IMG/VR virus record: IMGVR_UViG_3300021400_000491
Location: 19,271 to 83,270 of that record
Strand: one strand, 5' to 3'
Length of the DNA: 64,000 nt
DNA from: a virus
Lineage: Duplodnaviria > Caudoviricetes
This document shows, one piece after another, positions 1-9,479 of the stretch. The first letter of the stretch is position 1. Each line of letters begins with the position of its first letter. Below the pieces are notes generated by a model. The model did not search any database. It worked only from the letters and a program-made list of their open reading frames with translations, and was not told the DNA's origin. The translations under genes were made by a program, and so were the position numbers.

Positions 1-250
1 TAAACAATGCAAATACTGAAATTGCGCCTAAAATGCTTCCTACAATTATGCCCCAAGTTCCAGCATTTCTTTTATTATTATAATCAATATCTAAGGCGCA
101 TTTTGCACAAACACATCTCATGCCGTAATGTGCTGTTGTAGAAGTATGTACATTTCCTCTTGTACTTACACCGATTCTGTTAGAATTGCCTGTATATACA
201 GACCGCCTATATTCTGCATGAGATTTCCCACAAATATAACAAGTTGCCAT
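1..250 (-). CDS. Hypothetical membrane protein with CxxC motifs (runs off window edge)
   Basis: Manual translation MATCYICGKSH...CVCAKC...GTWGIIVGSILGAISVFALF; not in ORF track. Confidence 0.6.
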   Translation of the reverse strand, partial: MATCYICGKSHAEYRRSVYTGNSNRIGVSTRGNVHTSTTAHYGMRCVCAKCALDIDYNNKRNAGTWGIIVGSILGAISVFALF

Positions 251-335
251 TTTTTACCCTATGTATGATTATAATACAAATTTGTGCAAATTCGCAAATA
301 AAAAAGGTGTTTACTACAGATTGTAATAAAAAATG

Positions 336-632
336 TCAATCGTTTTTCACTTTTTCGATAAACCTTTCAATATCTGCAAGAAGCGTATCATACTTCTTTT
401 TATAGATGTTCTTTTCTTTGCCTGTAGCAAGATATTCAACGGAAGTTTCAAGCCGTTCTGCAATTTTACAAGCATCAAATACATCTGGGGCAACATTTTT
501 GGAAATCCTACCTCGGTGCGATTGCAAGTTTATTCTGCATGATTCGCAAAGTTCTATCTGTGAGATTTCTTTTTCCTTGCACTTCGCCTTAACTCGCTCA
601 TAAAAGGCTTTGATTTCATCTTCTGTACTCAT
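336..632 (-). CDS. XRE-family HTH transcriptional regulator
   Basis: ISQIELCESCRINLQS...PDVFDACKIAERLETSVEYLATG. Confidence 0.85.
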   Translation of the reverse strand: MSTEDEIKAFYERVKAKCKEKEISQIELCESCRINLQSHRGRISKNVAPDVFDACKIAERLETSVEYLATGKEKNIYKKKYDTLLADIERFIEKVKND

Positions 633-844
633 ATTCGTATTACATTGCTATTATCGTATTTTTTAGAAAAAAAGACAAGTGAAAAATAGTCAAAAAGAAA
701 TTATTTTGAAAGAAAATATTGACAAAGATTTCTAAATGGAATAATAATAATAATATAAAATAGCCGTATGGCAATTTTAATAAAACAAGTGATTTTAGGT
801 GTTCAAGTCTGCAAACCTACTGCCTAAAATCACAAGGAGCTTTT

Positions 845-1696
845 ATGCAAAACCCAATTAGTTTATCGGCTGAAAATGCCGTTGGTTTAGCACGGAATGA
901 TGTAATGACATTCAACAGTGCTGAATTTGGAAATGTGCGGACGGTCGTAATTAACGGCGAGCCGTGGTTTGTTGGAAAAGATGTTGCGGTGTCTTTGGGA
1001 TATAAGGAAACTGCAAAAGCCGTCAGAGAACACATTGATAATGATGATAAAGGGGTGTCCGTTTTAGACACCCCCGGCGGAAAGCAAAATGTAACAATCA
1101 TCAACGAAAGCGGCTTGTATTCGCTCATTCTTGGCTCAAAGCTGGAATCCGCAAAGAAATTCAAGCATTGGGTAACAAGTGAAGTCTTGCCGTCAATCAG
1201 AAAGACAGGCGGCTACAATGTACCGAAAACTTATGCGGAAGCCTTGCAGATTGCGGCAAATCAAGCAAAGCAGATTGAGGAAAAGAACAGGCAGATAGCG
1301 CAGATGAAGCCGTCCGCTGATTCTTGGGAAACTTACGCCGGGGATATGAAGCAGCGAAGCAAGGAAAAATCTTTCCGTGATGTTGCGAAGCTCTTGGGGC
1401 TTACGCCGCAGAAAGCACTTATCAAATGGTTCTTTGATAACGGCTATATCATGCGTGGCGGTGACGGTTGGACTGCAACCCAGAGGGGAATAGAAAGCGG
1501 AATGTTGGTAAATCGCATTATCACGGCGCAGAACGGACACGCCGGGGAACAATGCAAGGTTACGACATTTGGCATGATGAAGCTCTCCTACTTGAAGGGG
1601 GAGGGAACTTTTGACAACTGCATAGCGCAGGAAAGGACTTTCGGCGAGCGCAGAAAGCCGAGGAATTACCGCAACAAGTCCACTCTGACGGACTAA
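845..1696 (+). CDS. BRO-N phage antirepressor with KilAC/ANT-like C-terminus
   Basis: FGNVRTVVINGEPWFVGKDVA...INESGLYSLILGSKLESAKKFKHWVTSEVLPSIRKTGGY. Confidence 0.92.
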   Translation: MQNPISLSAENAVGLARNDVMTFNSAEFGNVRTVVINGEPWFVGKDVAVSLGYKETAKAVREHIDNDDKGVSVLDTPGGKQNVTIINESGLYSLILGSKLESAKKFKHWVTSEVLPSIRKTGGYNVPKTYAEALQIAANQAKQIEEKNRQIAQMKPSADSWETYAGDMKQRSKEKSFRDVAKLLGLTPQKALIKWFFDNGYIMRGGDGWTATQRGIESGMLVNRIITAQNGHAGEQCKVTTFGMMKLSYLKGEGTFDNCIAQERTFGERRKPRNYRNKSTLTD

Positions 1697-1737
1697 AAGA
1701 ACAACCCAACGATACATTTTTAAGAGGAGATAACGAT

Positions 1738-2010
1738 ATGACTATAGGCGAAATTTACGGAACGGCACTAAAAGTGCAGAATCTTTCCAACGAAGAATGG
1801 GATGCGTTCAATTCATTTTTTGACGAGCGCGATGTAATCAACAACGACATGAAGAAGGAAAACCCGGCTTTGTTCAATGCCCTTTGCCGAATGAAGGAGA
1901 ATCAAGCGAAGATTGAAACGATTGACGCTCTTTTCTGCTCGTGTGACGGCAAATTTGAGGACATGACGGTTTCAACAAGCCGGGAACTTGCGATAGCAAG
2001 CAATTTTTAA
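1738..2010 (+). CDS. Hypothetical protein
   Basis: GAGGAG RBS, 90 aa. Confidence 0.7.
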   Translation: MTIGEIYGTALKVQNLSNEEWDAFNSFFDERDVINNDMKKENPALFNALCRMKENQAKIETIDALFCSCDGKFEDMTVSTSRELAIASNF

Positions 2011-2040
2011 ACTTTGTAAAAGAGAAGAGGTCGTGAGAAA

Positions 2041-2307
2041 TCACGACTTCTTTTTTTTCTCAAAGAATTCCTGTACTCTTACCGTTGCGTTTTCGTGAAT
2101 TTTGTTCATTGCTTCAAGAGCGTCTTTCTTTGAAGTTTTGCCGAAAACGCCGATTATAAGTCGGGCGTAAATATCGGTGAATAGAAAGGCAATGCTTCCA
2201 GCTGTACCTTTAGCGAAGTTCTTTTCAATTTTTCCGCCTTTTACTTTGATTTCAATTTCGGTTTCCTGTACACGGTTGATAAAGTCTTTTACATCAGTCT
2301 GTTTCAT
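2041..2307 (-). CDS. Hypothetical protein
   Basis: 88 aa, coupled to upstream gene in leftward operon. Confidence 0.7.
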   Translation of the reverse strand: MKQTDVKDFINRVQETEIEIKVKGGKIEKNFAKGTAGSIAFLFTDIYARLIIGVFGKTSKKDALEAMNKIHENATVRVQEFFEKKKKS

Positions 2308-2695
2308 TTTTCTGTTTCTCCTGTTCTTCTGGTATTTTGTGGTTGTAATCTATGATGTTCCCAAAGGTAAAAAGTGCAAAATCATTCGCACATGATTCAC
2401 AAAGGCTCATGTTGCAGTTAGAAGCACCTCTTATATCAAGATTCAAGAACAGTGTGGAATTCTGTTTTATTTCCTTTTTGCAACGGCTGCAATGTTTTTT
2501 CGGCTTTACTTTCATATATCGTGTGTCTACCTGCATTTTCCCGGTATCATACAGATACATCATGTAAATATAGGTCGGCACGAGAAGAAGCGATACAGTG
2601 CCTAAGAAAGCCCATTTTTTATTGAAGCGTTTGGCAATTTTCCAGACATTGGGAATTTCCTTAAATTGTGCTATATAATACTGTCCGAATGTCAT
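2294..2695 (-). CDS. Hypothetical protein with hydrophobic segment and CxxC...CxxC
   Basis: Starts 2 nt after MTase stop; CSRC/CESC. Confidence 0.6.
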   Translation of the reverse strand: MTFGQYYIAQFKEIPNVWKIAKRFNKKWAFLGTVSLLLVPTYIYMMYLYDTGKMQVDTRYMKVKPKKHCSRCKKEIKQNSTLFLNLDIRGASNCNMSLCESCANDFALFTFGNIIDYNHKIPEEQEKQKNETD

Positions 2696-2697
2696 TT

Positions 2698-3444
2698 CTA
2701 TTCTGCCTCCTCAAAAAGTGATTGCATTTTAATATGTTTGTTTTCATCGATAAGTTCTGATTCATCGAAAAGAGAAGGACAAAAACCGCCCTCGCTTTTA
2801 AGCCGTTCAATGGCTGGAATAAAGTATTTTCCCCGAAGCTCACAGCCTAAGAAATGCCTGCTTTCATTTCCCGCAACTAAAAGCGTTGAGCCACTTCCGG
2901 CACATGGGTCAAAGACTGTCTGATTAGGTCGTGAATTTTCTATGATAAGCTGCCTTAATAAATCGTGATTCTTTTCTGTCGGGTGTAGTTTTCCTGTTCC
3001 TTGCGGATATGTAAGCACGGAAGGAATACAGAAGCCGCCGAAATATGCGCCGGGCTTTTTAGTCCATACGGCGTTTTCTACTGAATTAAGGTATTCTTTT
3101 TCGCCGTTCATTACGCTTGGATTTGTCTTAGCCCACACTAAATGTCGGGTAGGGTATTTTTTTTTCTTAAAGTATGTGAAGATTTGCGCAAGCTGTTCTA
3201 TTCCGCAGAATATGACGATTGAGCCTTTTGTCACTTTATCTACGAGTGGCAAAAACTCTGACAGCTCGAATGTCTTAGTGTCTGCATCGCCTTTATCCAG
3301 ATTCCTTCTATCCATGCCGTTATGTCCGATATTGGTATTAACTTCGCAATACGGTATGTCGGTAAGTGTGAGGTCAACGGAATTCTTAGGCATATTCTTC
3401 ATGTATTCTATGCAGTCGCAATGTATGAGCGTGTCAAAGTCCAT
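2698..3444 (-). CDS. N4C/N6A DNA methyltransferase (beta class)
   Basis: Motif IV DIPY precedes motif I FDPCAGSGS; HPTEK. Confidence 0.9.
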   Translation of the reverse strand: MDFDTLIHCDCIEYMKNMPKNSVDLTLTDIPYCEVNTNIGHNGMDRRNLDKGDADTKTFELSEFLPLVDKVTKGSIVIFCGIEQLAQIFTYFKKKKYPTRHLVWAKTNPSVMNGEKEYLNSVENAVWTKKPGAYFGGFCIPSVLTYPQGTGKLHPTEKNHDLLRQLIIENSRPNQTVFDPCAGSGSTLLVAGNESRHFLGCELRGKYFIPAIERLKSEGGFCPSLFDESELIDENKHIKMQSLFEEAE

Positions 3445-3470
3445 TTTGTTTTAGTTCCTCTTTATATAAT

Positions 3471-4706
3471 CTATTTAGTCATTTCTTTTAGAATCTGACT
3501 GAACATTGCTTTTGCAAAACATGGCGGTACGGCATTTCCGATTTGTTTAACAATCTCAACTTTCGTACCTGTAAACTTATAATCAGCCGGAAAACCTGTA
3601 GCGGCTGCAAGTTCATTCGGCTGCAACATTCTGAATCCTAGTTCTATTCCGTATGCGCCGGAAACAATGTCAAAATTGTCTTTTACAAATTCGTTTGGAA
3701 TAGGTACGCCGATTTGATAGTTTTTGCCTTTTCGGTTTATGAGCGGTTCGACAACTCCGTAACGGTTGCTTGTGTCTAGTGTCGGTACAGGTTCAGAAAT
3801 TGCGTGAACACGGTTATTGCCGCCGTTATATCTTGCGAGAAATGGACGGATTAACATATGATGTGCGCCGCTGCAAGAGATAGTTGAAAGCGGCATTTCT
3901 AAGCTCTCTGCATTTGATTGTCCGTAAAGCCTAGCAATAAATGGCTCTGCATTATCTCCCCAAAATTCTCGGATTCCGTATTCAATCCTTCTTAATGTCG
4001 CGTCTGCAAGAGGCTTCTTTCTTTTGCTGATAAGCTGGCAAGGAATAGACCAATCTATAATTTCGCTCGCAGCTCTCCATTTCGGAAGGAATAAGTCGCC
4101 GTTCTTAGTGTTTGTCTGGTCAGCCCAAACAATCCTTTTTCCGCAATCTTTTCTAACGGCTTGAATAAACAATCTTCTTCGTGTTGTTGGTGCGCCATAA
4201 TCAGCAGCACAAAGAACTTTATAAGAAACCGTGTAATTAAGAGATTGAAGAGAGCGAATATAAGCCTTGAATGTTTTTCCTTTTTCAGACGGAATCGGTT
4301 TTCCTTCTGGTGTCAAAGCTCCCCATGACTGAAATTCTGGTACATTCTCAATAATTACTCTTTTTGGGTGAAGTGTTTCGACAAACCGAAGCACTTCCCA
4401 AGCTGGGGCGCGTTGCTGTTCATTTCGCGGTTTTCCGCCACGAGCTACGCTGAAATGTTGACAACCGGGGCTTGCCCATAGTAAATCGGTATTCACCGCA
4501 GCTTTTAGTGATTCTGGATTTATTGTCTGTACATCTTCTATTCTGTGTTCAGCAAACGGATAATTCGCCGCGTGAGTTTCAATCGCTCTTTCCCAATGAT
4601 TTATTGCTGAAATGTTAACATTGAAGCCGTATTCTTCGGCGGCGTTTATCAATCCTGTAGATTCGCCACCGCCACCGCAGAACATATCTATTATGTTCAG
4701 ATTCAT
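3471..4706 (-). CDS. C5-cytosine DNA methyltransferase
   Basis: DMFCGGGG, SPGCQHFS, IENVPEF, RRRLF, QIGNAV. Confidence 0.95.
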   Translation of the reverse strand: MNLNIIDMFCGGGGESTGLINAAEEYGFNVNISAINHWERAIETHAANYPFAEHRIEDVQTINPESLKAAVNTDLLWASPGCQHFSVARGGKPRNEQQRAPAWEVLRFVETLHPKRVIIENVPEFQSWGALTPEGKPIPSEKGKTFKAYIRSLQSLNYTVSYKVLCAADYGAPTTRRRLFIQAVRKDCGKRIVWADQTNTKNGDLFLPKWRAASEIIDWSIPCQLISKRKKPLADATLRRIEYGIREFWGDNAEPFIARLYGQSNAESLEMPLSTISCSGAHHMLIRPFLARYNGGNNRVHAISEPVPTLDTSNRYGVVEPLINRKGKNYQIGVPIPNEFVKDNFDIVSGAYGIELGFRMLQPNELAAATGFPADYKFTGTKVEIVKQIGNAVPPCFAKAMFSQILKEMTK

Positions 4707-4708
4707 TG

Positions 4709-5830
4709 TTATTTACTTCCTTTCACATGAACATCAAGAAGCAGATAGCCCTTGTATGATGATTTTTCGTAAACAAAGCCGTTTGATTCCATTGCAGAAC
4801 GGAAATCTTTCATCTGCTGCATTGTGGCTCTCATAAGTATAGGCTCTGATTCAATTCCACACTGTTTAGCGAGTGTTGCAATAGGCATTGTCACATAGAA
4901 GTCAAAGAGTTTTTCTATCGGCTGTTTTGGCTGTTCCGGCTGAACTTCTGTCACTTCGTGTGTGCTGAAATCAACATTGTATGTCGGCTGTTCCGTACTC
5001 TCTGTTGTTTCTACTGTCTGTGGCTGTTCCGGCTCGTTTGCCCTCTGCATTAAGGCTGCCTGTCTTTCGGCTTCAAGCTGGGCTTTGCGTTCTTCTTCTT
5101 CCTGCAGGCGTTTTCTGTTCTCCCGGAGTTCAGCACCACGGCGCAAGGTTGCCTGTAAATCAAGTGTGGTAAGATACAATTCTTTGAGTGTCGCGGTGTC
5201 CTCTCCGAACTGTTCAATGCTCTGTAAGTCACCTGTGATACGGTCAATGATATGTGCAATATCATCATGAATCTGTTTTGTTTTGTATGATTTGTTAAGC
5301 CATTTTTCGTTGAAGATTTTTTCAAGCGGAACAAGATTGAAGTCGTACACTTTCCAGATGTCGGCAATTTCGGCGCGTTTTGCTTCCTTCTCTCTTCGCT
5401 CTTCTTCCTTAACAACGCCGTCAAGCTGAATTGTGCAGCTTTTGACAAGGTTTACTGATTCGCTTACAAGGTCTTTGAATCCGTTGAAAGGTTGCATCCA
5501 TTCCTTTTCATAGGCGATACGAGCGTCATTCATCTGTTTTGCGAGTGTGTTTAATTTTGCCTTGCGGTCGGCGGCTTTTTTCGGGTTTCCGATGTATTCT
5601 TCGATTGAGAAGTTATCTGTAAGGGCTTTGATTGAATCCCTAATAACCCTTGCGTTTGTTGTCAGAGTTCCGATTTTCATGTCGGCAACGAAATTCAATG
5701 ATTCAATCGGCAAGATTGCGATTTCGTTCTTTGGCTCTTCTGCCGTAAGTTCCGGCTGAACTACAGCTTCTTTTTCCTGTTCTGTCTGATTCTCTGGAAC
5801 AAGAACATTCTTTTTTGTTGTTCTAGGCAT
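4709..5830 (-). CDS. DUF1351-like phage protein
   Basis: DRKAKLNTLAKQMNDARIAYEKEWMQPF...EKIFNEKWLNKS; start reset to MPRTTKK (GAGGAG RBS). Confidence 0.75.
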   Translation of the reverse strand: MPRTTKKNVLVPENQTEQEKEAVVQPELTAEEPKNEIAILPIESLNFVADMKIGTLTTNARVIRDSIKALTDNFSIEEYIGNPKKAADRKAKLNTLAKQMNDARIAYEKEWMQPFNGFKDLVSESVNLVKSCTIQLDGVVKEEERREKEAKRAEIADIWKVYDFNLVPLEKIFNEKWLNKSYKTKQIHDDIAHIIDRITGDLQSIEQFGEDTATLKELYLTTLDLQATLRRGAELRENRKRLQEEEERKAQLEAERQAALMQRANEPEQPQTVETTESTEQPTYNVDFSTHEVTEVQPEQPKQPIEKLFDFYVTMPIATLAKQCGIESEPILMRATMQQMKDFRSAMESNGFVYEKSSYKGYLLLDVHVKGSK

Positions 5831-5846
5831 TGTGTTTTTCTCCTCT

Positions 5847-5926
5847 AAAAAAAAGAAAGCCGTCTGTATTCTTGCCTCTACAGACGGCTTAAAATGTCGT
5901 TTGCACGACACACCGCATAAAGCGGT
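5847..5926 (-). terminator. Leader with GNRA hairpin (GTCGT-GCAA-ACGAC) and intrinsic terminator before the leftward operon
   Basis: AAGCCGTCTGTA/TACAGACGGCTT stem followed by TCTTTTTTT on - strand. Confidence 0.7.
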
Positions 5927-5966
5927 TTAGAAAAGGCAAGATATTTTCTAAACCGTTCTATTTTAG

Positions 5967-6024
5967 AATTGCTTTATTAAGCAACTCTAAAATAATCTTA
6001 TTGCTAAATAGCGTAATTTGTCAA
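5967..6024 (-). promoter_or_regulatory. Sigma70-type promoter (TTGACA-18-TAAGAT) with palindromic operator TTGCTT-N4-AAGCAA
   Basis: Same layout as the promoter at 15078-15133; 18-bp exact match. Confidence 0.7.
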
Positions 6025-6141
6025 TAAGAAAATTATGTAATTAAGCAGGAATTTGAGTAAATTTGTTAAAATTTTTGAAATAATTATGTAATTAAGTAAT
6101 TTTTCATTGAATTTCTGAATAAAAGTGTTTAAAATGGAGTT

Positions 6142-6720
6142 ATGGAATTAGACGAATCAAACACCGTTCTATTAAGTCCTTCGTTTTGTAAATTACACGG
6201 AATTATTTATTTCTTATTACTTGATAAAGAAGTAGTTTATGTAGGGCAATCAAAAAATGGACTTTCAAGGGCATTAAGCCATCCAGATATAAAACATGAC
6301 AGCATTGCTATATATGAATGTGAAATTCCAGAGTTAGATTATTTTGAAGATTTCTTCATTGCAAAATATCAGCCTGTCTGCAACAAAAAATTTAACGGAG
6401 CTTTGTATAAAAAATGCAAGAAAGGGGCTAGGTATAAAGAAACTGTGACGCTAAACGATAATATGTATTATAAATCTCGCAGGGTTACTTATAACTTAGA
6501 GGACAATTCTTTTTATAAAATGATTCAGCAGATATTAACCCACAGGCAAAAGGACTTTAGATTTATTGCAAATAAACTTTCACTAGAAAAAAAAGATTTT
6601 TTAAAAAGAATCGCAGAGCAAAAATTAAAGATTTCAGATTTAGAAATGCTTGCAGATGTATTAGACATAGATATAAAAATTTCATTTATTGACCGGGAAA
6701 CAGGAAAGGCGATTATATGA
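6142..6720 (+). CDS. GIY-YIG-like nuclease domain plus C-terminal HTH
   Basis: GIIYFLLLDKEVVYVGQSKNGLSR; LKISDLEMLADVLDIDI; AT-rich, own TTGAAT-17-TAAAAT promoter. Confidence 0.7.
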   Translation: MELDESNTVLLSPSFCKLHGIIYFLLLDKEVVYVGQSKNGLSRALSHPDIKHDSIAIYECEIPELDYFEDFFIAKYQPVCNKKFNGALYKKCKKGARYKETVTLNDNMYYKSRRVTYNLEDNSFYKMIQQILTHRQKDFRFIANKLSLEKKDFLKRIAEQKLKISDLEMLADVLDIDIKISFIDRETGKAII

Positions 6721-6995
6721 GCGATTTTGATTTCAGTAAGGTTACTTGTGACAATATAAAGTTTATTCCTCAAAAATCACAGGCAGTAAAAGACCTTGAA
6801 AAAGAGTACGAAAAGCAGAGTAAATACATCTTAGATAAGATAAATGAAAAATACTCCGGCTCTATTATGTCTGACAGAATCAAGCTGCAAAGGCGACAGG
6901 AACTTATGGGGTTAAAAAGAATGTTTCTTGACCCGATTTCGGAAAAAATCACGGAGCTTGCATTGCTTGAAGCAAATCAGCAGGAATACTTCTAA
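6717..6995 (+). CDS. Hypothetical protein
   Basis: ATGA overlap with upstream gene. Confidence 0.7.
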   Translation: MSDFDFSKVTCDNIKFIPQKSQAVKDLEKEYEKQSKYILDKINEKYSGSIMSDRIKLQRRQELMGLKRMFLDPISEKITELALLEANQQEYF

Positions 6996-7133
6996 AGCCC
7001 TGTTGTTTATATTCATCTGTACAAATTCAATGGCAAAACAACCGAATATATAACCGACTGTGAACTTTTTAATTTTCATGCGTCACGCTCCCTTTCTTCC
7101 CGGCATTACGCCGGGAGATTTCAAGATATGAGT

Positions 7134-7910
7134 TTACTCGCTATCAGCGGTAAACTCGAAAGCGGGCGCAACGCCGCCATCACTATTACTTGCACCGCTG
7201 CCGCTGCTATTACCATAGTCGTTGACACGGCAAAAGTAGGAAGCGTTCGACGCATAAGGCGTACCGAGCCACCACCACCAAGTATCGTTTTCAAAAGCAA
7301 GAACTTTTATTCTGTTTTTAATTGCCTTGAAATACGGCATAAAATCCTTACTGTCCTCATTGAAAACATTGTCTTTTGAGAGCAGGGAAACATTGACTTT
7401 TCCTGTGTATTCTTTGAGGGCTTCTGCAAAGTGTTTGGCAAGGTAGACACCAAGTGGAGTTTCATCAAACGGCATGCCGGATTCTTCATAATCAACATCA
7501 TGTCTGAAAAGAATATCCTCAAAGTTAAAAACTACACGGTGTGGCTCTACATGAACCACTGTAATCACGACATTTTCAAGGTCGATTTTGTCAAATTCTT
7601 CACCTTCGCAATCTTTGACGGCTGGAACTTTGAAATGTGGTATAAGAATCTGCTGACCGGGCTTAATATTCGCATCCGCTACACCTTCATTGCAGCATTT
7701 TTTGATTGTTGAAAAAACATCAGTTGTAAAAATATCCGCAGGTGGAATAGTTTTTACTTCTGGGTGTTCAATCTTTGCAGGATTTGCCGAAGCAGGTTCT
7801 GCAATATCAATCTGATAGACATTTCCGCCACCAAAGGCGTTTTTCTTTGTGATATTGAGAATTTCAGCTCCCAAATCCTCAATCGACTGTGCAAGTAATG
7901 CAACTTTCAT
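7134..7910 (-). CDS. DUF6273-type (CLec-fold-like) protein
   Basis: C-terminal WWWWLGTPYASNASYFCRVNDYGN...GGVAPAF. Confidence 0.75.
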   Translation of the reverse strand: MKVALLAQSIEDLGAEILNITKKNAFGGGNVYQIDIAEPASANPAKIEHPEVKTIPPADIFTTDVFSTIKKCCNEGVADANIKPGQQILIPHFKVPAVKDCEGEEFDKIDLENVVITVVHVEPHRVVFNFEDILFRHDVDYEESGMPFDETPLGVYLAKHFAEALKEYTGKVNVSLLSKDNVFNEDSKDFMPYFKAIKNRIKVLAFENDTWWWWLGTPYASNASYFCRVNDYGNSSGSGASNSDGGVAPAFEFTADSE

Positions 7911-7911
7911 A

Positions 7912-8382
7912 TTATTTTCCTCCTTCATATAGGATATATTTGTTTTCAATCAGTTCTTTCATGTCGTCTGCCTGCAGAATTACAGGCGTTCTACCGTAAG
8001 GAATTGAAACGAACAGGTAGAAATGATGTGTGTAGGCTGCAGCTCCTTCTTTCGTAAAAGGGGCGTGTTCCCAGACAAGATTTGTTTTCGGAAAAAATGT
8101 CTTGATAATTTTTGCTGCTTTTTTGTGGTCGAACGGCTGAATATAACTTTTGCCGTTTTTCGTAATACCGCAGAAAGTCAAAGACAGGTAATAGCAACTG
8201 TTAAGCAAGCGGTTCTTGAAGCCGGATTTATCCAGCAAGTTGAAAGTACAGATTACTTTTTCTTCTTGAAAGATAAATGTTGAGCTGTCAGAATTCTGAA
8301 TGCCGTCAGTGCAGATGTTTTTATTTGCGTGTTCAATAATCTTTCCAACTGATTTTGAATCACATTTTGGAAATGTTTTCAT
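7912..8382 (-). CDS. Hypothetical protein
   Basis: 156 aa, GAGGTG RBS. Confidence 0.7.
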   Translation of the reverse strand: MKTFPKCDSKSVGKIIEHANKNICTDGIQNSDSSTFIFQEEKVICTFNLLDKSGFKNRLLNSCYYLSLTFCGITKNGKSYIQPFDHKKAAKIIKTFFPKTNLVWEHAPFTKEGAAAYTHHFYLFVSIPYGRTPVILQADDMKELIENKYILYEGGK

Positions 8383-8520
8383 GGAAACACCTCACCAAAA
8401 AAGAAGGGCTTTGAAACCGTTTCGTATTCTGGCAATACTACGCGGCACAAAGCCCTAAGTCTGCATAAAGCAGTTTTGGAAAAGCCAGATAATTCCAAAA
8501 ATGCCTTATCGTTTTTCTTC

Positions 8521-8560
8521 AAAAAAGAAACCCCTTGCAAGCTCTGACCCAAGCAAGGGG
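8521..8560 (-). terminator. Intrinsic terminator in leader of leftward operon
   Basis: CCCCTTGC...GCAAGGGG followed by TTTCTTTTTT on - strand. Confidence 0.65.
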
Positions 8561-8786
8561 CAGAAGAAAAACCCAACGATAACCTCTAAGAGGCTTGTTG
8601 ATATTTAGTATAATAATACTTGTAATCGTATTATGTCAATGATAAATCGTATTGAAATCGTTATAAAATACTATAAAGTGTAAATAGTCCGAAAAACAGA
8701 ATAAAAGGACTATAATTTACTGTTTTATACTTAATTTTGGTCGAAATATTGAATATTTGCGTAAAATTGACGATAATAGTAGCAGA

Positions 8787-9218
8787 ATGGAAAACTTCAA
8801 CGATAGATTTGAACGCCTTATAGCCGAAAAAGGCAAGAATAAGGCTGACATTGCCGATGCCGTTGGTATATCTCGTACAGGTATGTCGTCATGGAAAGAC
8901 AACGACAGAATACCACGCGCCGATGTCGCTGTAAAAATTGCAAAGATTCTTGATGTTCCTGTGGACTATCTTGTATTGGGTGAAGATGTCGGATTGAAAC
9001 CCGGAAACGAAAAATTACCCGGAAGATTGCAGGAACTTTCGCAGGCTCAACAAGCCGTTGTAAACTCCCTTGTAGATTTATTGAGAGCGCAAACACTCAC
9101 GCCGGAAGGTGCTTCTGTTGGTACAAGGTGGCAGATGTTGCCGCCGAACAAACAGCAGATTATCCTTGATATGATGAGCGATATGGAAGCAGCACAAAAG
9201 GGAATAGAAAGGGAATAA
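8787..9218 (+). CDS. XRE-family HTH repressor
   Basis: NKADIADAVGISRTGMSSWKDNDRIPRADVAVKIAKILDVPVDYLVLG. Confidence 0.9.
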   Translation: MENFNDRFERLIAEKGKNKADIADAVGISRTGMSSWKDNDRIPRADVAVKIAKILDVPVDYLVLGEDVGLKPGNEKLPGRLQELSQAQQAVVNSLVDLLRAQTLTPEGASVGTRWQMLPPNKQQIILDMMSDMEAAQKGIERE

Positions 9219-9442
9219 AACAAATTATCTATAATTGATTTTACTACAGAATTTTGTAAAATATTAGAAAAAAGAAGATTAAAATTGCTACAAATTGACG
9301 GAAATTAAAGGGGAAAGACGGAGACTTCCCCTCTACGGCAATTTTAGCACATTTTGTTTAATCTATGCAATATAACAAATTAGACAATTTTTAATTCTGT
9401 AGAAAAATCACTTTTTGCCGAAAAGAGAATAAAAAGGGAATA
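9197..9442. other. Putative attP: tandem arm-type repeats flanking a core inverted repeat
   Basis: AAAGGGAATA at 9197, 9208, 9433 and AAAGAGAATA at 9422; IR CTACAGAATT 9244 / AATTCTGTAG 9393; core AGGGGAA 9309 / TTCCCCT 9326. Confidence 0.65.
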
Positions 9443-9479
9443 GATTTTTTATTTTTTTTGAATTACGCTAGAGGTGGTT

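Noticed and set aside
7134-7290. Complete DGR cassette
   Set aside because: No reverse transcriptase, Avd or template repeat found in the window; kept only as a possible orphan target
8379-8576. 65-aa ORF starting at TTG
   Set aside because: Overlaps a terminator hairpin and lacks an RBS; more likely leader sequence
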